From: a virus
Length of the DNA stretch: 64,000 bases
IMG/VR virus record: IMGVR_UViG_3300047470_000295
Span: 1-64,000 of that record
Reading direction: 5' to 3' (one strand)
Position 1 is the first letter of the stretch. Every line of letters begins with the position of its first letter. Of the stretch, positions 32,921 to 41,887 are shown in pieces. Under the pieces are notes generated by a model. It was not told the origin of the DNA, searched no databases, and worked only from the letters and a program-made list of their open reading frames with translations. The translations under genes and the position numbers were made by a program.

Positions 32921-33291
32921 AGCCCCTGCTCCGCGGTACTGGGCTTCGCCGCTACACCCGCAAGCGCCTCGTCCACGACCGGGACGCCGCACGGGCGGAA
33001 GTCCTCCGCCTCGAAGGCGTCATCCGCGGCCTCGACGCGATGGTCCTCGAAGCGAACGCGGAGATCGAGCAGCTGCGGGCGGACGTCGTCGACGTCGGAG
33101 TCGAGCGCCAGCTCCGTGCCGACGCCGTAGCCCACGCCGCGGAGACCGAACGCAAGTACCTGGCGTTGAAGGCGGCCTCGGACAACGAGCACGCCGTCAC
33201 CGTGCCGCCCATGCACCGGCCCGCCGACGACCCGGACGAGACCCCCACACGGCCCGTCCCGCTGTGGAAAGCCGTCCTCGCCGACGCCTGA
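32917..33291 (+). CDS. coiled-coil hypothetical protein
   Basis: 124 aa from the ATG at 32917, ATGA overlap with the upstream gene. Confidence 0.4.
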   Translation: MKPLLRGTGLRRYTRKRLVHDRDAARAEVLRLEGVIRGLDAMVLEANAEIEQLRADVVDVGVERQLRADAVAHAAETERKYLALKAASDNEHAVTVPPMHRPADDPDETPTRPVPLWKAVLADA

Positions 33292-33399
33292 ACTCCCGGC
33301 CGCCCGGCCGGAACAGGTCGGGCGGCCGGCGAAACGCAGAACCCCCGCCGAGGCCTAGTCGACGGGGATCCGAGATCGAGTATCACACGGAGGAATCCC

Positions 33400-33942
33400 A
33401 TGATCGGTGAGACCACCGACTACAAGATGATCGTCCACGGCCAGCAGACGTACACCGTCTCCGGCGCCGTGCAGGCAGCGCCCGGACTGGTCGTTGTCCG
33501 TATGCCCGCCAGCCAGTCGCTGAACAACCCGGCCCGCTGGCGGATCGGCCACCACGGAGGGCTCGCCATCGCCGAGTCCCTGACCCGCGAGAACGCCTTC
33601 AAGGGCGTACAGGTCCTCGTCGACTCCGGCATCGACTGGACGCAGGACACCGACGCGATCAAGGAGACGGTCAGCGACGAGACCGCCCGCGACCTGTACG
33701 CGAAGCTCAGCTACGCGTGGTGCGAAGCGCCCGGCACCCACTACATGCCCGGCGACGTCACCACCAACGGCACGTACACGGACGCCGACATCGAAGCCGC
33801 CGCCGCCGACTACAAGGACGACGGCCTCAACGGCTTCGAGATCTTGAACGCGATGACGCACGCCGTGCCGTGGATGGGCCTCGACACGAACGACTTCAAC
33901 GAAGCCCACAGCCGCATCGTGACCGCGGCAGGAGCCGAGTAG
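33400..33942 (+). CDS. hypothetical protein
   Basis: 180 aa, ATG after GGAGGA. Confidence 0.5.
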   Translation: MIGETTDYKMIVHGQQTYTVSGAVQAAPGLVVVRMPASQSLNNPARWRIGHHGGLAIAESLTRENAFKGVQVLVDSGIDWTQDTDAIKETVSDETARDLYAKLSYAWCEAPGTHYMPGDVTTNGTYTDADIEAAAADYKDDGLNGFEILNAMTHAVPWMGLDTNDFNEAHSRIVTAAGAE

Positions 33943-34094
33943 TGGCCCGCTTCCTGGCCGGCCTGATCTTGGGGGTCGTCTCGTCGGGCATCGCCTGGCT
34001 GATCACCCACAACCTCGGCTGGACGGCCGTCGCCGGGGCCACGGTCTTCGTCCTCGTCTGGCTCGGCGAGTTCATCCTCGACGACCTCATCTGA
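33942..34094 (+). CDS. small membrane protein
   Basis: 50 aa with two hydrophobic helices; GTG shares one base with the upstream TAG stop. Confidence 0.3.
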   Translation: MARFLAGLILGVVSSGIAWLITHNLGWTAVAGATVFVLVWLGEFILDDLI

Positions 34095-34220
34095 TCCACA
34101 ACTCCACAGTCCGGCGCGTCGAGCCCCCCCAGCTCCGCGCCACCCAGGGCCAGCTCCCCGAAGCACCCCCCCCCGCCCGGGGAGCTGGCCCCCAACCACT
34201 GCACCCATTTGGAGAACACC

Positions 34221-34631
34221 GTGAACACCGACAGTCCCACCATCCCGCCGGACGTCGCGGCGCACGTCCTGTTCCACTACGGCCGCGACGGCGGCTACCA
34301 GGCCGGTTCCTTCACCACCGCGCTCCTCACCGCGATGGGTACCGCCGACCCGTCCAACCTCGACCGGCTCGCTGCCGGCTTCCCTGCCTACGTCGCCGCG
34401 GTGACCGCCATCCAGTACGACCCGGACGGCGTCGAGCGGCTGCAGGCCATCGTCCGGGGCGAGGTGATCTCCAAGGAGTCTGCGGATCCTCAGTGCCCCG
34501 AGGCCCTGTTCAACCCGGACACCGGCGCCCTGCTCCGCTGCGTCCAGCGTGACCGCCACGACTGGCACCAGACCCCTGCCGGTACCGAGTGGCGCCTCCC
34601 CGCCGACTCCTCGACGAAGGCCCCGTGGTGA
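34221..34631 (+). CDS. hypothetical protein
   Basis: 136 aa from a GTG after GGAGAA. Confidence 0.4.
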   Translation: MNTDSPTIPPDVAAHVLFHYGRDGGYQAGSFTTALLTAMGTADPSNLDRLAAGFPAYVAAVTAIQYDPDGVERLQAIVRGEVISKESADPQCPEALFNPDTGALLRCVQRDRHDWHQTPAGTEWRLPADSSTKAPW

Positions 34632-34732
34632 GCCCCCTCGCCTGCCGCATCTGCCGCGGCACCGACGGCCCGTTCACCGCCGACGGCCGCTGCGAAGACT
34701 GCGCCGACACCCAGACCGAGGACTGCGAATGA
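34628..34732 (+). CDS. small Cys-rich peptide
   Basis: 34 aa (VSPLACRICRGTDGPFTADGRCEDCADTQTEDCE), overlaps on both sides. Confidence 0.25.
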   Translation: MSPLACRICRGTDGPFTADGRCEDCADTQTEDCE

Positions 34733-35583
34733 CCACCACCGTCGAAGCCCCGCAGATCATCGACGGCCTCCCGGCCGAGACCTACCACGCGGACCGCACG
34801 TCGATCTCCTCGTCCGGCCTGCGCGCGCTCCTCAACCCGGGCTGCCCCGCCCAGTTCAAGTACGACCGCGACCACCCGCAGCCCCACAAGAAGGAGTTCG
34901 ACCTCGGACACGCCGCCCACCTCCTCGTCCTGGGGGAGGGGCCGGAACTGGAGGTCATCGACTTCCCGGACTGGCGGAAGAAGGACGCCCAGATCCAACG
35001 CGACGAGGCCTACCTCGCAGACAAGATCCCGCTGCTCACCAAAGACCACGACATGGTCCAGGCCATGGCCGAGGCCATCCGCCAGCACCCCGTGGCGGGC
35101 CCGCTGTTCACCCCGGGCACGGGTCTCGCCGAACAGTCCCTCTTCTGGACCGACCCGCGCACCGGCGTCCGCTGCCGGTGCCGGCCGGACTGGATGCCAC
35201 ACCGCGGCGACGGCCGGCTCGTCGTCGTCGACTACAAGACCGCCAAGGCCATCGACGAGGCAGCGCTTCAGCGGGCCGTCTACGAGCGCGGCTACCACGC
35301 ACAGGCCGCCCACTACCTCGACGGCGTCAAAGCCCTCGGCCTCCACGGAGACCAAGAACCCGCGTTCGTCTTCGTCTTCCAGGCCAAGACCGCGCCCTAT
35401 CTGGTGCACCTCGTCGAACTCGACTTCCCCGCACTGGCGTTGGGCGCCGCCCGCAACGAACGCGCCCTGCGCACCTACGCCGAGTGCGAGCGCACCGGCG
35501 TCTGGCACGGCTTCAACGACCGCATCACCTACCTGCCTCTGCCCCCGTGGGCGGAGAAGCGCGACCAAGAGGAGTACCTGTGA
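34729..35583 (+). CDS. PD-(D/E)XK exonuclease (RecB/Cas4-like, RecE-analogous partner of the annealing protein)
   Basis: 284 aa. RPDWM...LVVVDYKTAK...YHAQAAHY matches the D...(D/E)xK...QxxxY layout. Confidence 0.6.
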   Translation: MTTTVEAPQIIDGLPAETYHADRTSISSSGLRALLNPGCPAQFKYDRDHPQPHKKEFDLGHAAHLLVLGEGPELEVIDFPDWRKKDAQIQRDEAYLADKIPLLTKDHDMVQAMAEAIRQHPVAGPLFTPGTGLAEQSLFWTDPRTGVRCRCRPDWMPHRGDGRLVVVDYKTAKAIDEAALQRAVYERGYHAQAAHYLDGVKALGLHGDQEPAFVFVFQAKTAPYLVHLVELDFPALALGAARNERALRTYAECERTGVWHGFNDRITYLPLPPWAEKRDQEEYL

Positions 35584-36410
35584 ACCAGCCCGTCCACCTC
35601 CCGTCCAACAACACGCCGCAGCGCATCGGCCAGGGCACCGCAGTCGAGCAGTCCCGCGCCGCCGCCGAAGTCCAGGCCGCGGTCATCGTCGCCCAGCAGT
35701 GCCCCCGCAACATTCAGTCCGCAGTCGCCGAGATGCGCGAATCCTGCAAGCAGCAGGGCCTCGCCGAGCGCGCCTTCTTCCGCTACTCCCGCGGCGGCCA
35801 GACCATCACCGGCGCCTCCGTGCACCTGGCCCGCGAACTGGCCCGCGTCTGGGGCAACGTGCAGTACGGGCTCGTCGAGATGCGCCGCGACGACGACTAC
35901 GGCCAGTCCGAGATGCAGGCCTTCGCCTGGGACGTGCAGACCAACTCCCGCAACTCCTCGACGTTCATCGTGCCGCACCGCCGCGACACGAAGAACGGAC
36001 CCAAGCAGCTGACCGACATGCGGGACATCTATGAGACGAACGCCAACAATGGCGCCCGCCGAGTCCGTGAGGCGATCTTCGCGATCCTCCCGCCGTGGTT
36101 CGTCGAAGAGGCCAAGGATCTGTGCAACCAGACGCTGCGGGATGGCGGCGGTAAGCCCCTCGCTCAGCGTGTCGCAGACGCGATCAAGACCTTCGAGGGC
36201 ATCGGCATCACCGTCGACCGGATCGAGAACCGGTTCGACCGGTCGTCCGACAAGTGGACCGAGCACGACGTCGTCCAGCTCGGCGTGATCTTCAAGTCGA
36301 TCCAGCGCGGCGAGGTCACGGCCGAGGACGAGTTCCCGGCACCCCGCGTATCCGCCGACGAACTGACCGGCGGCAAGACCGACAAGCCGGCCACCACTCC
36401 CGCCCCGTAG
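35580..36410 (+). CDS. ssDNA-annealing recombinase (SSAP; exact superfamily not determined)
   Basis: 276 aa, GTGA overlap with the exonuclease gene. Central ITGASVHLARELARVWGNVQYG motif, and position typical of RecT/Red-beta-type partners. Confidence 0.5.
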   Translation: MNQPVHLPSNNTPQRIGQGTAVEQSRAAAEVQAAVIVAQQCPRNIQSAVAEMRESCKQQGLAERAFFRYSRGGQTITGASVHLARELARVWGNVQYGLVEMRRDDDYGQSEMQAFAWDVQTNSRNSSTFIVPHRRDTKNGPKQLTDMRDIYETNANNGARRVREAIFAILPPWFVEEAKDLCNQTLRDGGGKPLAQRVADAIKTFEGIGITVDRIENRFDRSSDKWTEHDVVQLGVIFKSIQRGEVTAEDEFPAPRVSADELTGGKTDKPATTPAP

Positions 36411-36483
36411 CCCATCACCTAAGTCCGGGGTCCCGCCCGCCGAAATCAGGCGGGGCCCCGGCACCAGCCAAGGAGACCACGCT

Positions 36484-36879
36484 ATGCGAGCACTGACCAT
36501 CCGCCAGCCGTGGGCGGGCGCGATCGCCCACCAGACGAAGCGGGTCGAGAACCGCACCTGGAAACTCCCCGCCAAGCACGAAGGCGCGCGCATCCTCATC
36601 CACGCCGGAGCCCAGCCCGACAAGTGGGCGGTCGTCTACGGCGAACACCTCGACGTGTACAGCGCGATCGTCGCCGTCGCCACCGTGACCGGCTGCCACT
36701 ACTCCCAAGACGGCCGCTGCTGCGGCCCGTGGGGTCAGGAGAACGTCTACCACTGGACCCTCACCGACGTCGTCGCCCTGCCCGAGCCGGTTCCCGCGAA
36801 GGGTGCGCTCGGCTTCTGGACGCCTCAGCCCGAGACCCTCGCCGGCGTCCAGGCACAGCTGACGGGAGTCGCGTCATGA
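36484..36879 (+). CDS. ASCH domain protein
   Basis: MRALTIRQPWAGAIAHQTKRVENRTW is the classic ASCH N-terminus. Confidence 0.6.
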   Translation: MRALTIRQPWAGAIAHQTKRVENRTWKLPAKHEGARILIHAGAQPDKWAVVYGEHLDVYSAIVAVATVTGCHYSQDGRCCGPWGQENVYHWTLTDVVALPEPVPAKGALGFWTPQPETLAGVQAQLTGVAS

Positions 36880-37265
36880 CCCGCCGCCAGTCCGTCGCCG
36901 AGCGCCTCGCGTCCATAGAGAAGGACGCCCTCCTCGCCGACATCGCCAAGCACTCCGAGTGGGACAAGTTCCTCGTCGAGCAGGCCGTCCTGCACTTCGG
37001 GAGCAAGCAGAAGACCTTCTCGTGCAACGACGTTCGAGGAGTCCTGCCCGAGCTCGGGAAGGGCTTCCTGGGCGCGGCCATCAACTCGCTGCGCTCCGCG
37101 AACGTCATCGCCCACACCGGCCAGTACGTGCCGTCCACCAGCGAAGCCACCCACGGGCACCCCATCGCCATGTGGGAGCTGACCGCGAAGGGCCGCGGCA
37201 TCATCGCCGCCCGCAAGACGGCCCTCCGTATCGCCGCCGGCATCGCTGAGCGGAGGGCCGCCTGA
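36876..37265 (+). CDS. hypothetical protein
   Basis: 129 aa, ATGA overlap with the upstream gene. Confidence 0.4.
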   Translation: MTRRQSVAERLASIEKDALLADIAKHSEWDKFLVEQAVLHFGSKQKTFSCNDVRGVLPELGKGFLGAAINSLRSANVIAHTGQYVPSTSEATHGHPIAMWELTAKGRGIIAARKTALRIAAGIAERRAA

Positions 37266-38068
37266 TGGAGGCCTACTACGAGGACGCCACCGTCCAGCTG
37301 TACCTCGGCGACATGCGGGAGATCCTCCCCGCGCTCGGCGTCACCGCCGACCTGATCGTCGCCGACCCGCCCTACGGCGAGACGTCCCACGGCTGGGACC
37401 GCTGGCCCGACGGATGGCTCGACGTCGCCGCCCGGCACGCCCAGTCGATGTGGTGCTTCGGCTCGATGCGCATGTTCATGCGACGGGCCACCGAGTTCGG
37501 TACCGCCAACTGGCAGCTCTCCCAGGACGTCATCGGCCACGACGAGGACAGCCCCGTCCACGGCGACGTCAACGTCGTCTGGGAGAAGCACAACGGCAGC
37601 GGCTTCGCCCGCGACCGCTTCCGCCGCGTCCACGAACACGTCCTGCACTGGTACCGCGGACCGTGGGCCGGCGTACACCAGGACGTGCCGCGCGTCCCCT
37701 ACAGCGGGCCGAACAAGTCGGCACACGGAAGCGCCAACCGGACCGCCCACACCGGGGCCGTCGGAGCCAGCTCCTACATCGACAACGGCACACGCCTCAT
37801 GCGATCCGTGATCAAAGCGGCGGCCGTGCGCGGCCAGAAGCGGCACCCCGACGAGAAGCCCCTCCCGATCCTCGACCCGCTCATCCGCTACGGCTGCCCA
37901 CCCGGAGGGCTGGTCATCGACCCCTTCGCCGGATCTAGCAGCACCCTCGAAGCCGCAGCAGCCGCCGGAATGCGCGCCATCGGCATCGAAGGCCGCGAGG
38001 ACTACTGCGAAGCCTCCGCACTCCGACTGGCCAACATGCCGCTCCTCTTCGGCGGAGGTGCCGCATGA
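37265..38068 (+). CDS. DNA methyltransferase, N6-adenine/N4-cytosine type (beta class), orphan
   Basis: IVADPPYGE catalytic motif near the N-terminus and VIDPFAGSSSTLEAA AdoMet motif near the C-terminus. No adjacent restriction gene. Confidence 0.8.
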   Translation: MEAYYEDATVQLYLGDMREILPALGVTADLIVADPPYGETSHGWDRWPDGWLDVAARHAQSMWCFGSMRMFMRRATEFGTANWQLSQDVIGHDEDSPVHGDVNVVWEKHNGSGFARDRFRRVHEHVLHWYRGPWAGVHQDVPRVPYSGPNKSAHGSANRTAHTGAVGASSYIDNGTRLMRSVIKAAAVRGQKRHPDEKPLPILDPLIRYGCPPGGLVIDPFAGSSSTLEAAAAAGMRAIGIEGREDYCEASALRLANMPLLFGGGAA

Positions 38069-38343
38069 CCGCCGCCTTCGCCGTGCTCGCCCCGGTCGGT
38101 TCCTGGCTCCTCGACCACGAGTGGATCTTGCAGGCCGCGTTCTGGCTGCTCCTCGCCGCCATCTTCGGCCTCCTGCTCTTGGTCGCCTACGGCATCGTCC
38201 GCGCCGGCCGGCGTGCAGGACACGCCATCGCCATCCGCTGGCACGCCCGCGAGTTGGCCCGGTGGGCCGAGGGCTACGCCAACCACCCCGGCGTCCGCCA
38301 AGCCACCGACTACCTCAACCAGCCCCGGAAGGAGACACCGTGA
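38065..38343 (+). CDS. membrane protein
   Basis: 92 aa with two hydrophobic helices, ATGA overlap with the upstream gene. Confidence 0.4.
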   Translation: MTAAFAVLAPVGSWLLDHEWILQAAFWLLLAAIFGLLLLVAYGIVRAGRRAGHAIAIRWHARELARWAEGYANHPGVRQATDYLNQPRKETP

Positions 38344-39176
38344 CCACCCACACCCCGTCCCGCGCCTGCTACCAGCGCGGGTGCCGAACCGCCGACTGCG
38401 TGGCGATCAACTACCGGTACGAGAAGGGCGTCAGCTACGACGTCTCCTGCGGACGGCGCCGGCAGATCGACTCCCAGCAGGTCCGCCTCCACATCGAACG
38501 GCTCCTCGCGCACGGCTGGTCGCGGCTCCGCATCGCCCAGACCGCCAGCATCTCCCCGTCGACCGTGTACGGCCTCGCCGCCGGGCAGCGGGAAGTCCGC
38601 AGGCACATCGCCCTCGCCATCCTCTCCATCCCCGTCGGACCGCCCCGGATCACCGTCGACGCGACCGGCGCCACCCGCCGCATCCAGGCCCTCGTCGCCA
38701 TCGGCCACACCATGGAGACCATCGCCGGCCTCGCCCACTTCGGGCACGCCCGGGTCGAGCAACTTGCCGCCGGCACCACCGAAACCATTGACGCCGCCAC
38801 CGCCGACACCATCACGGCCGTCTACCGGCAACTCCTGCCGAAGCCGGGCTCCAGCCGACTCGCCAAGGCCTACGCCCGGAAACGGGGCTGGCACGGCCCG
38901 CTCGCCTGGGACGACATCGACGACCCGGCTTGCCGACCTGACGACAACGGCGCGTACAACCCGGCCGACAAGTACCGGCGCGACCCGGACCGCATCCGGG
39001 AGATCGAGCACCTCTACCTCCTCGGAGAGTCCGTGCCCTCGATCGCCAAGCAGCTCGGCGGCAACGAGAAGTACATCAGCGACCAGCTCACCGAGATCAT
39101 CCGCAAGCGCGCTGAACGGGCTGAAGCCGAACGCCTCGCCGCACGCCGAACGGCCACCCAGCAGCTCGCCGCCTAG
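38340..39176 (+). CDS. multi-HTH DNA-binding protein
   Basis: 278 aa from the GTG at 38340. Repeated HTH-like segments (WSRLRIAQTASISPSTVYGLA, ESVPSIAKQLGGNEKYISDQL). Confidence 0.45.
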   Translation: MTTHTPSRACYQRGCRTADCVAINYRYEKGVSYDVSCGRRRQIDSQQVRLHIERLLAHGWSRLRIAQTASISPSTVYGLAAGQREVRRHIALAILSIPVGPPRITVDATGATRRIQALVAIGHTMETIAGLAHFGHARVEQLAAGTTETIDAATADTITAVYRQLLPKPGSSRLAKAYARKRGWHGPLAWDDIDDPACRPDDNGAYNPADKYRRDPDRIREIEHLYLLGESVPSIAKQLGGNEKYISDQLTEIIRKRAERAEAERLAARRTATQQLAA

Positions 39177-39201
39177 CCCCGATCGAGAGGAGTGCGCAGC
39201 C

Positions 39202-40383
39202 GTGCTGAACAACCAGATCGTCATCACGGATCGCAACGTCTGTCCTGGCGCCGTGCGCAACGGCGCGGGTGCTGTCGACGCGAACGAGCTGACCAGCGAC
39301 GAGTGGACGCGGCTGCGCGAGCGGAACGTGAACTCGCCGAAGGCCAGGCTCGTTCAGTGCGCCAAGTGCTGGGAGCTGTACCGCGAGGTCCAGTGGCTGA
39401 GGACGTACAGCACTAGCCGCGGCACCCGCGTAGTCAGCCATCAGCCCGGGGAGTCTCGTCCGGACCACGCCTACGAGCCCATCGAGACGGAAGAGCACCG
39501 GGCGTTCAACGACCGCGCCTTCCTGATCGGTGACGCCGAGGGCTACAACCCGCGCCGGGAGGCGTGGGCGTCGAACATGAAGACCCGCGCCGACGTTCTG
39601 CTCACCGGCACGCTCACGATCGCCTACGAGCACCAGCACTCCCCGTTCAGCTCCACAGGCCGGTACAGCGCCCCCGAGAGGACGCGTCTCGCCGCTGCCG
39701 TCGGGCGCACCGCGATGTGGCACTCCACCAGCGACAAGGTCCGCGGCCAGGTACCGATCCTGCGCACCGATGGCGGGCTGCCGCCGAAGGTGATCGCGAA
39801 CCCCAACTACCGGCACGAGTTCCGAGGCGGCATCTACCGCATAGAGGTCTACACCTGCACTGTCCGGAACGGCTTCGAGTGCCCGAACGGCAAGTTCAGC
39901 GGATGCGGCAAGCCGCACGCTCGCGGCCAGGTCACGGCCGGCCAGTTGGATGACGTGCTGCGCGGCGCCCCAGTCGGCGCGTACATGCCGGTGATGGACG
40001 CGCAGGTGCTCCGGGCGCCGCGGTTCTTCTGGACGGACATGGCGTCCTACGGCCAGTACCTCGCGTACATAGCCAGCCCGGCCGCTCCGCTGGGCGCCGG
40101 TTCCCGGGGGCCCAGCGAGCTGACCCGGAAGGGCGGACGCGTGGGTCATTCGCGCGCCAAGGAGGCCCAGCTCGAAGCGATGCGCGCTGAGGCCGTCGAC
40201 CTGGCTACGCCGCCGCGGGAAGCCGGCCCGGCCTCGCATCTCGTCGCTCCTGCCATTCCGCGCACGGTGCCCGGGGTGTGCGACACGGGCCGACCGAAGT
40301 GCGGCGGCCCTGCGCGCTTCTACCCGGCCGGATGGCGCTGCGACGACCACCGGCCCACGACGCCCTGGCGCTCGGCCAGCTGA
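39202..40383 (+). CDS. CoiA-like / PD-(D/E)XK-type nuclease-domain protein
   Basis: 393 aa from the GTG at 39202. EEHRAFNDRAF...TRADVLLTGTLTIAYEHQHSPFS...ERTRL resembles the H..K...E...R.D....iE.Q.S...eR pattern of CoiA-type nucleases. Confidence 0.4.
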   Translation: MLNNQIVITDRNVCPGAVRNGAGAVDANELTSDEWTRLRERNVNSPKARLVQCAKCWELYREVQWLRTYSTSRGTRVVSHQPGESRPDHAYEPIETEEHRAFNDRAFLIGDAEGYNPRREAWASNMKTRADVLLTGTLTIAYEHQHSPFSSTGRYSAPERTRLAAAVGRTAMWHSTSDKVRGQVPILRTDGGLPPKVIANPNYRHEFRGGIYRIEVYTCTVRNGFECPNGKFSGCGKPHARGQVTAGQLDDVLRGAPVGAYMPVMDAQVLRAPRFFWTDMASYGQYLAYIASPAAPLGAGSRGPSELTRKGGRVGHSRAKEAQLEAMRAEAVDLATPPREAGPASHLVAPAIPRTVPGVCDTGRPKCGGPARFYPAGWRCDDHRPTTPWRSAS

Positions 40384-40437
40384 CACGACGAAGGCCCCGC
40401 CATAGCGGGGCCGCTGAGAGGAGGGGACGTGGAGCAG

Positions 40438-40647
40438 CTAGGACTTCGCGGCGGGCGCGATCTTCGCGACCCACTCGCGGGTGAAACCGGTGAGCTTCGC
40501 CATGTGGGAGGGGCCTTTGCCGCCGGCGCGTCCTTCGACCAGCAGTGCGCGCAGCTCTGCGTCGGCGTCGTTGAACGCCTTCTCGGCGCGGGTCCGCTTC
40601 TTCGCGGCGGCCTGAATCCTCTCGTCCAGCTCGTCCATGTTGCACAT
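40438..40647 (-). CDS. small antisense-oriented regulator-like protein (coiled coil plus C-terminal HTH-like segment)
   Basis: 69 aa. It is the only minus-strand gene within a 20-kb plus-strand run and is divergent from the replication module. Confidence 0.45.
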   Translation of the reverse strand: MCNMDELDERIQAAAKKRTRAEKAFNDADAELRALLVEGRAGGKGPSHMAKLTGFTREWVAKIAPAAKS

Positions 40648-40658
40648 AGTGACACGAC

Positions 40659-40720
40659 TTCGCGTGATCGCGCTACGCGACCGCGACTATCGCTCGCGAA
40701 TGCCGACCGCGAACGCTATT
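40659..40720. repeat. iteron-like direct repeats CGACCGCGA (x2, 26 bp apart, each followed by CTAT) in a CGCG-rich block
   Basis: Copies at 40678-40686 and 40704-12, about 100-140 bp upstream of the replication initiator gene. Confidence 0.35.
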
Positions 40721-40819
40721 CTCATATCTGGAGTCGAGAGATCGCAGAACGAGGGCCTCCCTGAGGCCTGGTTCCGTGCGCCTGAAAACCCTCCAGAACT
40801 CTCCGAAGGACACCTACTC

Positions 40820-41887
40820 ATGGCCCGTGGACACGGTCGGATTCTCACCAGCATCTGGGAGGACCCCGACTTTCTCGCGCTCGACGAGAGGGAGCAGCGT
40901 CTCTACCTGTTCCTCATCTCGCAGCCGAACCTCAACCACGCCGGCCTGCTCGACCTGACGCTGCGGCGCTGGTCTCGCAAGGCCCGCGGGCTCACTTCTG
41001 CCGAACTGGAGAAGCTGCTCCAGCGCCTGGAAGAGGCCCACTTCGTCGTCATGGATGACGACACTGAGGAACTCCTCATCCGCTCCTTCGTCCGCAATGA
41101 CGGCGTCTGGCGCATGCCGAAGGTCATGGGGGCCGCCGTCTCGGGCGCCCTGGAGATCTCCTCGCCTCGCCTCCAGGCCGCCCTGCTCGCCGAGATGGAC
41201 CGGATCCCGCTGGACGAACTCAGCGACGAGCCCACCAAGTACAAGGGGCAGGACGGCCCCTCCATCCGACAGCAAGTCGTCATCCACATCAGCACCCTCC
41301 GCAAGGCGTTCGGCACCCCCGACCCCGACCCGTCCCGAAGGGATTCGGGAATCCCCTCCGAAGCCCCCTCGGGAACCCCCTCCGATACCCCTTCGCAGCC
41401 CCCTGCCGAAGGGGGTCCGAAAGGCTCTACGCGCGGGCGCGGGCGCGCGCCACACGCGCATTCCCCTGCCCCTGCCCCTACCCCTGCCCCTGCCCCTGCC
41501 CCGAACCCCGTGGTGGTTGAGGTGGGGGAGGAGGCCTCAGGTAGTAGCGAGCCGGGCTCCTCGTCGCCTGACGGCGACGCCCCCATCGACCTCGACGGCT
41601 TCGCACTCACCGACTCGATGCGCCGCTGGGCCCTCGACACCTTCGGCCCCGGACTCGACATCGACTACGAGACCGCACAGTTCGTCGACCACTTCCGCGC
41701 CCAGAACGTCCGCCGCCCCAACTGGCCCGCCGAATGGCAGAAGTGGATCCGCCGCTCCGCCAAGTACGCATCCGAGCGCGCCAACCGCCCGCAGCTGCGC
41801 TCCGTCGCAGGCACCGGGTCCCGCGCCGACACCCACACCGCCGACGACTACACGAACTCGAAAGTCGAGGACCTGTTCGCATCATGA
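40820..41887 (+). CDS. replication initiator / replisome organizer (DnaD-like N-terminus)
   Basis: 355 aa. N-terminal ILTSIWEDPDFLALDEREQRLYLFLISQPNLNHAGLLDL, a Pro/Ala low-complexity linker, and followed by helicase loader and DnaB. Confidence 0.5.
   Translation: MARGHGRILTSIWEDPDFLALDEREQRLYLFLISQPNLNHAGLLDLTLRRWSRKARGLTSAELEKLLQRLEEAHFVVMDDDTEELLIRSFVRNDGVWRMPKVMGAAVSGALEISSPRLQAALLAEMDRIPLDELSDEPTKYKGQDGPSIRQQVVIHISTLRKAFGTPDPDPSRRDSGIPSEAPSGTPSDTPSQPPAEGGPKGSTRGRGRAPHAHSPAPAPTPAPAPAPNPVVVEVGEEASGSSEPGSSSPDGDAPIDLDGFALTDSMRRWALDTFGPGLDIDYETAQFVDHFRAQNVRRPNWPAEWQKWIRRSAKYASERANRPQLRSVAGTGSRADTHTADDYTNSKVEDLFAS
41463..41502 (+). repeat. hexanucleotide tandem repeat (CCCCTG/CCCCTA) x6 encoding a PAPAPTPAPAPAP linker
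   Basis: Read directly at 41463-41498 inside the initiator gene. Confidence 0.8.

Noticed and set aside
41461-41503. Short tandem repeats considered as a possible CRISPR or minisatellite locus
   Set aside because: The units are 6 nt with no spacers, and they lie in frame inside a coding linker. No CRISPR-like repeat-spacer architecture exists anywhere in the window.
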